Shown here: positions 44,988 through 52,277 of the stretch, piece after piece
Numbering within the stretch: position 1 is the stretch's first letter
Layout: the number at the start of each line of letters is the position of its first letter
NCBI GenBank assembly: GCA_023485445.1
Contig: JAMCZT010000033.1
Location: 11,170-75,169 of the forward strand
Reading direction: 5' to 3'
DNA length: 64,000 bases
Source: Patescibacteria group bacterium
GTDB taxonomy: Bacteria; Patescibacteriota; Microgenomatia; Woykebacterales; 2-01-FULL-43-14
Notes under the pieces: generated by a model
Told to the model about the DNA's origin: nothing
The model's database searches: none
The model's input: only the letters and a program-made list of their open reading frames with translations
Program-made: the position numbers and the translations under genes

Positions 44988-45352
44988 AAACGTTACTTAC
45001 ATTAAACCCTGTAGATAAAGTAGAATTTAATGTCTCTAACTCCGCTGTCTCCTACCCAGACCCATCAAGGGGTGGTTTGGCTTTACTAATAGGAAATCTT
45101 TGGACCACGGCTGTCATCATAGGTGGTTTATTATTTTTAATTTATCTTCTCATTGGTGGGATACAATGGATAACTAGTGGGGGGGATAAAGCCGGCTTAG
45201 AAAGCGCAAGAGGCAAGATAGTTAATGCCTTAATTGGACTTGGAATTTTGGTTGCTAGTTTTGCAATAATTAAAATCGTAGAAACCTTATTTGGTATTAA
45301 AATTCTTGATTTAAACATACCAGCACCAATAGGTATAACAAATCCACATTAA
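44984..45352 (+). CDS. VirB2/TrbC-like pilin paralog P7
   Basis: GGIQWITSGGDKAGLESARGKIVNALIGLGIL. 4-nt overlap with P6. Confidence 0.75.
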   Translation: MKTLLTLNPVDKVEFNVSNSAVSYPDPSRGGLALLIGNLWTTAVIIGGLLFLIYLLIGGIQWITSGGDKAGLESARGKIVNALIGLGILVASFAIIKIVETLFGIKILDLNIPAPIGITNPH

Positions 45353-45375
45353 TTCCTTCATGAACAGGAGAAATA

Positions 45376-45762
45376 ATGTTTAAAAAGGTAGTCAGCGCTT
45401 TAGTAATATCACTAAGCTCAATATTATTGACCCATAAGGCCAATGCCCAAGGTATAATCAACCTAGGCAATGTAGAAGCTACCTCGCCTAAATCATTCAC
45501 CGACCTGGGACAATTGTTGACTGTCCTTCTTCAAGCTGTTATCATACTAGGTGGTTTGCTTTTTTTCATTTATCTTCTTGTTGGCGGTCTGCAATGGATA
45601 ACAAGCGGTGGGGATAAGGCTAGTCTAGAATCGGCGAGAAATAGAATAACAAATGCGTTAATAGGCTTAGTTATCCTTGTTGGTGCTTTTAGCATTATAA
45701 AAATAATCGAAACTGTCTTTGGTATAAGTATCATTTCAGGAATCAAAATTCCTGGCCCATAA
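45376..45762 (+). CDS. VirB2/TrbC-like pilin paralog P8
   Basis: Signal peptide ..THKANAQG. GGLQWITSGGDKASLESARNRITNALIGLVIL. Confidence 0.75.
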   Translation: MFKKVVSALVISLSSILLTHKANAQGIINLGNVEATSPKSFTDLGQLLTVLLQAVIILGGLLFFIYLLVGGLQWITSGGDKASLESARNRITNALIGLVILVGAFSIIKIIETVFGISIISGIKIPGP

Positions 45763-45782
45763 GCAAAGAAAGGGGGTGAATT

Positions 45783-46199
45783 ATGAAACTTCCAAAAGTC
45801 GTCAGGGCAGCCATCTCAGCCGTATCTATACCTTATCTTGCAACAATGGCGGTAACTGCCGCCCTAGCCCAAGGTACCGTCAGCCAAGTCCCAAATACGG
45901 TTACTCCTTTCTCTGATCTTGGCCAACTAATTTCTAATGTAATCGTACTGGTCATCTTTTTTGCTGCGTTATTAGTTTTCATCTTTCTCCTTATCGGAGG
46001 TCTGCAATGGATAACCAGCGGTGGGGATAAAGCCGCCGCCCAAGCAGCGAGAGACCGCATTACCGCAGCCTTGGTTGGTCTGATTATCGTCGTCGGTGCT
46101 TTCGCGATCATGTTGATTATCGAACGAGTCTTCGGAGTCAGTGTTCTCGGAGGATTTAAGCCGCCAACAGCTCAAAATACAGTCGGTAAGTTGAACTAA
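45783..46199 (+). CDS. VirB2/TrbC-like pilin paralog P9
   Basis: Signal peptide ..AALAQG. GGLQWITSGGDKAAAQAARDRITAALVGLIIV. Confidence 0.75.
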   Translation: MKLPKVVRAAISAVSIPYLATMAVTAALAQGTVSQVPNTVTPFSDLGQLISNVIVLVIFFAALLVFIFLLIGGLQWITSGGDKAAAQAARDRITAALVGLIIVVGAFAIMLIIERVFGVSVLGGFKPPTAQNTVGKLN

Positions 46200-46222
46200 A
46201 ACTAGTCTTGCTTAGAATTCAA

Positions 46223-46258
46223 GAAAAGTTCGCTTGTCTATAGGCGAACTTTTCTTTT
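46223..46258 (+). terminator. Intrinsic terminator after the P1-P9 operon
   Basis: GAAAAGTTCGC (46223-46233) / GCGAACTTTTC (46244-46254) form a perfect 11-bp stem with a 10-nt loop, followed by TTTT. Confidence 0.75.
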
Positions 46259-46267
46259 GCTTTAAAC

Positions 46268-47518
46268 TTATTTAAAAATCGGAAAATAAAAGTAGTTATT
46301 CGGGATTTGCCAACCTGTTAATACGGGATAAAGGTAAACAAAGGAAAGGACTACCGCGATTAGGTAACCAACTACATCCCATCTTCGATATTTATCAATA
46401 AAGTAGGGATAAAGAAAATAAGCAACGGTGATACAAAGAAAAGGAATAATGGATAGTAAATAATAAATAAACTGGTAACGAGAAACGAAGAACCAAGGTA
46501 AATAAAAAGAAAGAAAAATAATAAACAAAAAACTAATCTCCCTCGTCTTTTGGCGCAATCCTTTTATCCCTACCTTAAAAAACACAAAAATACTCAACCA
46601 AAAAACAAATGGATGACTTAATGAAATTATTAGTTGAGCTTGTCCTCCACCTAGATTTTTTGATAAGTAACCCATCGGGGAGTCAAGAAACCACAACCAA
46701 GGATGAATCACGACCGATTCGTCTAGCGTAACAGGCTTCCTAAGATAAGAAATATCATTAATGTTTTCATGATAATTAAGCATTTTCTGTTGTAAGGAAA
46801 TAAAATCCCAAAAAGAATGCCCAAGAAGGTAAGGAACGTAAGAAATCAAATAAACTAAACCAGCTGTGCCTCCAATTACAAATAAATCCGTTCCCCAAGA
46901 GCGCCAAGTTTTTTTATGAAAAAGAAAAAACAAGGCGGTGATGGCCAAAAACAAAAATAAAGCCGTCCATTTCACTGACAAGGCCAATCCTAAAAAGAAA
47001 CCAACTAAAAATAAGGTTCTCAACCGAAAATTCTCGAGGTAGCACCACAGAAAATAAAGTGTGATCAAAACAAAAACGGCTAAAAATATTTCAAGTAAAG
47101 CAATTCTGGAGTGAACAAACCACATAAAGTCCAGGGAAAGGAGGAAAGCGGCAACGGAAGCGATCCAAACTTTTCCAGGATGGAAAGCAAACATCTTTCT
47201 TGCTAAAAAGTAAGTAACTAGCACTCCAATAATGCTAAAAACTACCTCAGGCAACCGCCAGCCCCAGGGATTATCCCCAAAAAGCATAATCCCCGCCCCG
47301 ATTAAAAATTTTCCTAACAAAGGGTGTTCAAAATTTAAGGAGAAATCGCCGTTTAGGTAAGCCCTAGCCGCCGGAACATAGTGGGCGCCTTCGTCAAAAT
47401 AGGCCTCGTTTGGCTGATCAAGGCGGAACAGTCGAAGACCAAGGTTAAAAACAATTAAACCAACTATAATAACCGCTTCCCTATGTAACTTTAACCAAGC
47501 CAATAACTTTCTTTGCAT
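46268..47518 (-). CDS. Phospholipid-carrier-dependent glycosyltransferase (GT39/PMT_2-like, GT-C fold)
   Basis: 416 aa, ~11 TM. First-loop motif YFDEGAHY..A..YL.G......EHPLLGKFLIGAGIMLFGDNPWGWRLP is typical of PMT/ArnT-like enzymes. Confidence 0.75.
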   Translation of the reverse strand: MQRKLLAWLKLHREAVIIVGLIVFNLGLRLFRLDQPNEAYFDEGAHYVPAARAYLNGDFSLNFEHPLLGKFLIGAGIMLFGDNPWGWRLPEVVFSIIGVLVTYFLARKMFAFHPGKVWIASVAAFLLSLDFMWFVHSRIALLEIFLAVFVLITLYFLWCYLENFRLRTLFLVGFFLGLALSVKWTALFLFLAITALFFLFHKKTWRSWGTDLFVIGGTAGLVYLISYVPYLLGHSFWDFISLQQKMLNYHENINDISYLRKPVTLDESVVIHPWLWFLDSPMGYLSKNLGGGQAQLIISLSHPFVFWLSIFVFFKVGIKGLRQKTREISFLFIIFLSFYLPWFFVSRYQFIYYLLSIIPFLCITVAYFLYPYFIDKYRRWDVVGYLIAVVLSFVYLYPVLTGWQIPNNYFYFPIFK

Positions 47519-47543
47519 TTAATTATTATAAAGCAAAATTAAA

Positions 47544-47572
47544 TTGACAGCTAGGTTTGGTTGTGGTTAAAT
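47544..47572 (+). promoter_or_regulatory. Promoter of P10 and downstream genes
   Basis: TTGACA (47544-47549), 17 nt, TTAAAT (47567-47572). It lies inside the track's upstream extension, which supports the ATG at 47593. Confidence 0.6.
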
Positions 47573-47592
47573 TAGTTCTTAGAGGGTCTCGA

Positions 47593-48027
47593 ATGTTAGG
47601 TAAAGTTAAAAAACATTTAAAAACTTTCCGTCTAATTTATATTGCCATTTTTATCGCTTACTTAGCCATTTTATTTGCACCGGTTATAGTATTTGCTCAA
47701 CAAACAGATTACAGTAATAGGAATAACAATCAAGCGCCACTATTATCAGATTTGGAAGTAGTTTTTCAAAATATTATTAGGGTAGTGACCACTCTGGCTG
47801 GGCTAGCTTTACTTTTTATGTTTATTAGCGGCGGTTTCAAGTTTCTCACCTCAGAAGGAGATCCAAAAGCTCTTGACTCGGCTAAAGGTACCCTCTCCTT
47901 TGCGGTTATCGGTTTAGTCGCGATCATTCTTGCTTATTTCATTATAAAATTAATCGCTGATTTCACCGGTTTACAATCATTATTAAAATTCTGCATCCCA
48001 ACGATGGCCCAAAATAGTTGCTTTTAG
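47593..48027 (+). CDS. VirB2/TrbC-like pilin paralog P10
   Basis: 144 aa. Signal/TM, then GGFKFLTSEGDPKALDSAKGTLSFAVIGLVAI. AGAGGG lies upstream of the ATG. Confidence 0.7.
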   Translation: MLGKVKKHLKTFRLIYIAIFIAYLAILFAPVIVFAQQTDYSNRNNNQAPLLSDLEVVFQNIIRVVTTLAGLALLFMFISGGFKFLTSEGDPKALDSAKGTLSFAVIGLVAIILAYFIIKLIADFTGLQSLLKFCIPTMAQNSCF

Positions 48028-48032
48028 TTCTT

Positions 48033-49778
48033 ATGAATAAAAAACTGCCTCTGTTGTTTTCAATAATAACTATTGCTACCTTAACTCAAACCTCCTTTGT
48101 TTTAGCTTTAGATAAAACTGCCGAGGGGGAGTTTTTTTATGTCAATGATCGTTTCGGGTCTCAAAACCCTAGCGTTACAGTCGAAGGTAAAGACATCAAA
48201 CCTTATAATGGGTTGGAAAAACAAACGGAATCCTTAGGAAGAGTACTCCCAAACTTCTTAACCCCAGAAGAACAAAAGCAGTACATGGAAGAGGGGCTGC
48301 TGTTGTCACCCACAGACCCATCTTCTCCCAAACCAGATACTTCTGTCTTTGACCCTAATATTGCTTTTCCAAAAATAAAAGGCTATGGAAAATTAGAAAT
48401 AAACATGGAAAAATGCCCTTCCAAAAATACTCCTTCAACGCCAATATATAACACAAATGATACAAAAGACACAATCACATCCGAGCTTCCGGATTGGGCC
48501 AGCGCTTATGCACGGGCAACAGAAAAACTAACGGAAATCTTTTCTATCCCTACTGAAGGGGTACTACAAGAGGTTCCTACTAATACCCATCAAGGGTGCG
48601 GGCAAGAAGACAAAACTATCGAGTCAACTTATAGTTCCGCAAAAGACGGAGCTGGAACAATAGAACTAAACTCTTTTTTTAATTCTCCTCCCCTAAGTTG
48701 GGTTCAAGATTTTTTTAGAGATCTGGACAAGTTCGGAAAAATAATTCTGGATGCTTTTGGCAATCCTATGTCGGTATTTGACAGAAAGGAAATAAAAACG
48801 GTCGTTCAACCGATTACTACCCTAAAATCCCAGTTCGATCGGATACTGAAACCTGATCTCGTTCCCTCGGTAACCTCTATCCCAGAATTTACTTACGTAA
48901 ACAACGGCAGCTTGCGATGGTCTTTTGTTCCTGATTCGATGGCCGAATTCAGCGAAGATACTAACTCCCTTTTTAACCAGGATCAAGAAAAGTTAAATGG
49001 AAAATCTGAAGGAAATTATGCTGCTAATGCTAATTTAGAAAACAAAGATCATATCCCATCTGGAAAAGAGATCAAAGATGCTTCCATTCCCGTCCCAACA
49101 CTTTTTGGAGCAGAATTGGCTAAAAATTGGCTCGATTGTTCCCTTTCTTTACCTGAAGAAAACTGTTCCGTCTCACCTGAAACGGGCTACACTGGCAGTG
49201 GCACAACTTACGTTACGATTACTGCCACCAGCTTAAGGGAGATGTTCCGTCAAGCGGCAAACCACGTTGGGGTCCCTGTAGCGGTACTTAAAGCGATCGC
49301 TAAAGTGGAAGCCGGAAGGATCTTCGGATATTCCGAGGACGAAGTAAAAAACTTTAGTACTTACGGATGGTGGAATGGATTGGTCTCAAAAGCATCTACA
49401 TTAGGCGGCAACGATCCATTAATCCTTAGAGGGCTAGGTTATAACACTTGTAAATATCGAACTGATTGTTTTCCCGAGGCTGACGTACGGGGGGCCATGC
49501 AGTTTGAAATTCAAACTTGGAATGGAATCGCCAGCCAAATAGACTTTGGCCATACAGCCGATCGAAGAGTTCTTCCAGATGCGATCGTTGCCGCAGCCAA
49601 GCTTATTAAAAACCACGCGATAACCCTCGGAGAATCCAGCACTTCAAATTGGTCTGAAGCAATCATCAAGGGAGTTGCCGCACGCTACTGTGGAAATCCA
49701 AAGTCTTCTGCTTGCGGCGGTAATTATGACAACGTGGTCTGGGATCTCTATCAAGAATATTTAAAAGAAACGGATTAG
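48033..49778 (+). CDS. Secreted protein with a C-terminal lytic-transglycosylase (SLT/VirB1-like) domain
   Basis: Signal MNKKLPLLFSIITIATLTQTSFVLA. C-terminal ..VPVAVLKAIAKVEAGRIFGY.. and ..RGAMQFEIQTWN.. resemble the SLT catalytic-Glu and GxMQ motifs. The N-terminal ~400 aa are unassigned. Confidence 0.6.
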   Translation: MNKKLPLLFSIITIATLTQTSFVLALDKTAEGEFFYVNDRFGSQNPSVTVEGKDIKPYNGLEKQTESLGRVLPNFLTPEEQKQYMEEGLLLSPTDPSSPKPDTSVFDPNIAFPKIKGYGKLEINMEKCPSKNTPSTPIYNTNDTKDTITSELPDWASAYARATEKLTEIFSIPTEGVLQEVPTNTHQGCGQEDKTIESTYSSAKDGAGTIELNSFFNSPPLSWVQDFFRDLDKFGKIILDAFGNPMSVFDRKEIKTVVQPITTLKSQFDRILKPDLVPSVTSIPEFTYVNNGSLRWSFVPDSMAEFSEDTNSLFNQDQEKLNGKSEGNYAANANLENKDHIPSGKEIKDASIPVPTLFGAELAKNWLDCSLSLPEENCSVSPETGYTGSGTTYVTITATSLREMFRQAANHVGVPVAVLKAIAKVEAGRIFGYSEDEVKNFSTYGWWNGLVSKASTLGGNDPLILRGLGYNTCKYRTDCFPEADVRGAMQFEIQTWNGIASQIDFGHTADRRVLPDAIVAAAKLIKNHAITLGESSTSNWSEAIIKGVAARYCGNPKSSACGGNYDNVVWDLYQEYLKETD

Positions 49779-49781
49779 ATT

Positions 49782-50153
49782 ATGTCAGAAAAACAGCGTC
49801 GCCTCGTTTTTATAGGTTTTGGAATCTTTGGGATATTAGTTTTAGTAATCCTGGTACTTTCGTTTTTACCAGGCAAAAAACAAAACGCGACGTCCTTGGG
49901 AACTAACCAGGTCAACACGACGCCACAGGAAAATCCTACCTGGGTCAAAAGTAGTTTAATAAAGGCAATGCCGGTTGATAATGATAGCTATAGCATTGAG
50001 TATTTAAAAACAAGCGACCAATTTTTAGTTACGATAAAAAAGAATCCTTACAAAGTAACTAAAAAAACTGTCGAAACGTGGCTTAAAAATCAAGGGGTAG
50101 TAAACCAAAACAGTCTAAATATCATCTGGTGGAAGGACACTTCCGTTAATTAA
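49782..50153 (+). CDS. Hypothetical membrane-anchored small protein
   Basis: 123 aa, one N-terminal TM, 3 nt after the preceding stop. Confidence 0.5.
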   Translation: MSEKQRRLVFIGFGIFGILVLVILVLSFLPGKKQNATSLGTNQVNTTPQENPTWVKSSLIKAMPVDNDSYSIEYLKTSDQFLVTIKKNPYKVTKKTVETWLKNQGVVNQNSLNIIWWKDTSVN

Positions 50154-50185
50154 GGTTTATATCAAGCAAACGTAACGTCATTGCG

Positions 50186-52039
50186 TTACTCCACATAGAA
50201 AGCTGTCCCCTTAAAGTAATTTGTATATGGTCCTCTAGTAGGTTGCGTCTGGATTATTTGTGTTTTACTTCCCGAAACGTATGGAAAGTCTTTGTAATCT
50301 CCTCCGGAAGGATCCAATATTAAGTGGCTAGGATTCGCTGGATCGGTTATCCAATGACCATCATAACCATCATCATTAATAATCAGGGATTTAGCATACT
50401 CTCCATCAAAACCTTTGATACCTACAACTACCATAAAATGGCCGCCTCGAGCTGGATCATTGTACTCCACCTCTTTATTGTTGTAATTTCCAACATTTAT
50501 TACAACTGGGTGACCATCTTTCAAGGCATTGTAAATACCCGCAGGGGAATTCTCAACCACTACCATCTTCTTCCCCCAGAGAGCCGGCCCACTACTAAGC
50601 TGGCCAACCGTTAGGTTGCCCCAACTGTAAATCCCCGCGTCACTTAACTTTCTGGCTACGACGGATAAACGATCGGAGACACCTGCGTAATTTAAGGCCA
50701 TTGTTAACGAAGCAGGACCACAAGCTGTCCATTGGACGTTAGGTTTGTCCGTATCATCTAAGCTAGCGTATTCATGAATATAAGGCACATTCGCGATTAT
50801 TACATCAGGACCAGCATTAATAAGTACAGTCGCCCAGGCTAAAGCTGTCTTTTTGGGGTCAGGTGGGTCAGAGTAAAACCCTTCCACACTAGCTTGATTA
50901 GAGATTGAGTCTTTATCGGTAAGATTATCGTTAGTGGAGACATCGATTCTAAAGCTTACCGACGATTCCAACTTATCCAGCTTAAAACACATCTTACCAG
51001 TTGTTGGTACTCCGCCACACCAGTATTTTGCAAATACTTGCGGGTCGTAGGAAGGAGGTGGGGAACCAGAATCATAAAATTTCACCCCTGCTGGATCATA
51101 AAAAGAAAAAGTACTGCTATTAAGTAAATTGATTCCACTAGTAAAGGTATCTTTAATGACAACGTTTGTTAGCTTATTATCAGCCTTTGGCGCCGCTGTA
51201 ATAGTATAAGATAAGAGTTTCTTTCCCGTTACCTGAAGCGTATTTACCCCGTCTACTGTCACAGTTTTAGTGATAGAAACGTAGTTGGATGTTCCCAGCG
51301 GCGCCCCAGCTGGCGTAGACTCAAAATCGCGCATTCCGACCATAATAACAATCACGATAAATACTGCTAATAAGATGACAAGGATAATAACCAAAAGGAT
51401 AATTAATAGCACACTGCTGATCGCTGAGATAACTCCCCCACCAACAGCTGCCGTACCACCTCCTGCAGCAGCCGCTCCTCCACCGGCGGCAGCACCACCT
51501 GCCCCACTAATCGCCCCTCCTCCCACCATGCCGATAAATCTAGCTGCAAGTCCGCCGAGCTTAGGCAAAACACCTTTTATTAAATTGCTTATTCCCTTAC
51601 TAAAAATATTTTTACCTAGACTAGAAATAGCCCGTCCAAGAAGACTATTTGGCGCTAGCCTAGAAACTGTTTGGGAGAGAAAGTTGCCAGCTTGAGGAAG
51701 GAGGTTTTTAAAAAAATTGCCTACTTTCCGTAGCGGACCAAATCTTTGAATTCTCTGAATATTTTGGGGGGACTGTGGGTGCTGATCTTGAATTTTATCC
51801 TGCAGCTCTTGCTGATCTTTATCCGAATCTTTCTTCTTTTCTTTGCTCCCTTCATCGTCTTGAGCATCACTGCCACTAGAGCTTTTTCTAGCCGTAAGGG
51901 GTATTTTCTTCGCCTTAGGAAAAGCTACCTCTAAAATTAAGGAGAGGAGTCTTCTTAAAGGTGCAAAAAGTCTCGTTAGGCTAAAAATAGAAGGTCTATT
52001 TTGTTGCTGTGGATTTCCGTATCGATAAACTTCTGCCAT
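50186..52039 (-). CDS. Membrane protein with a Gly/Ala-rich segment, TM, Ig-like middle part and a C-terminal C39-like (papain-fold) cysteine peptidase domain
   Basis: ..VQWTACGPASLTMALNYAGV.. (catalytic Cys context of Peptidase_C39_2-type domains) and ..RGGHFMVVVGI.. (His). Start taken at ATG 52039 (track start is TTG 52060). Confidence 0.6.
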   Translation of the reverse strand: MAEVYRYGNPQQQNRPSIFSLTRLFAPLRRLLSLILEVAFPKAKKIPLTARKSSSGSDAQDDEGSKEKKKDSDKDQQELQDKIQDQHPQSPQNIQRIQRFGPLRKVGNFFKNLLPQAGNFLSQTVSRLAPNSLLGRAISSLGKNIFSKGISNLIKGVLPKLGGLAARFIGMVGGGAISGAGGAAAGGGAAAAGGGTAAVGGGVISAISSVLLIILLVIILVILLAVFIVIVIMVGMRDFESTPAGAPLGTSNYVSITKTVTVDGVNTLQVTGKKLLSYTITAAPKADNKLTNVVIKDTFTSGINLLNSSTFSFYDPAGVKFYDSGSPPPSYDPQVFAKYWCGGVPTTGKMCFKLDKLESSVSFRIDVSTNDNLTDKDSISNQASVEGFYSDPPDPKKTALAWATVLINAGPDVIIANVPYIHEYASLDDTDKPNVQWTACGPASLTMALNYAGVSDRLSVVARKLSDAGIYSWGNLTVGQLSSGPALWGKKMVVVENSPAGIYNALKDGHPVVINVGNYNNKEVEYNDPARGGHFMVVVGIKGFDGEYAKSLIINDDGYDGHWITDPANPSHLILDPSGGDYKDFPYVSGSKTQIIQTQPTRGPYTNYFKGTAFYVE

Positions 52040-52044
52040 AAAGG

Positions 52045-52212
52045 CTACCAGCAAGGGCAAACTGCTAACAATTGGTTAAGTAAAATATACAAAAAAGTTA
52101 TCACTGATGCTATCATCAGGAAGAGCCAGTTGAAGAAAATTGGCGACACTTTTGCCAAAAAAGAAAATAAATAGTTCTTTTCTTTTTTATTATCTTGAGC
52201 AAGCATTGGCAT
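52045..52212 (-). CDS. Possible leaderless 55-aa membrane mini-protein upstream of the C39-like gene
   Basis: Own translation: MPMLAQDNKKEKNYLFSFLAKVSPIFFNWLFLMIASVITFLYILLNQLLAVCPCW*. TTGATT, 17 nt, TATACT (52227-52222), then 9 nt to the ATG. The stop is 5 nt before ATG 52039. Confidence 0.35.
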   Translation of the reverse strand: MPMLAQDNKKEKNYLFSFLAKVSPIFFNWLFLMIASVITFLYILLNQLLAVCPCW

Positions 52213-52239
52213 ATCAAAAACAGTATAAAGGAAACTAAG

Positions 52240-52268
52240 TTGACAATCAATCTGTACTTTGCTAAGCT
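52240..52268 (+). promoter_or_regulatory. Promoter of the VirB6-like gene (leaderless configuration), back-to-back with the minus-strand promoter
   Basis: TTGACA (52240-52245), 17 nt, TAAGCT (52263-52268), then 9 nt to ATG 52278. Confidence 0.6.
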
Positions 52269-52277
52269 GAGATCAGT

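Noticed and set aside
43938-46175. Minus-strand 66-92-aa ORFs overlapping pilins P4, P5, P6, P7 and P9
   Set aside because: Each mirrors the conserved pilin core on the opposite strand. Their repeated occurrence is a by-product of pilin paralogy, not independent genes.
42737-48027. Periodic repetition across the pilin region considered as a CRISPR-like or other non-coding tandem array
   Set aside because: Repeat units are ~350-400 bp, each an intact ORF with signal/TM features and its own Shine-Dalgarno sequence. No short direct repeats with unique spacers occur anywhere in the window.
51285-51695. 136-aa plus-strand ORF with PPPAAAAPPP runs
   Set aside because: It is the antisense of the Gly/Ala-rich segment of the C39-like protein gene.
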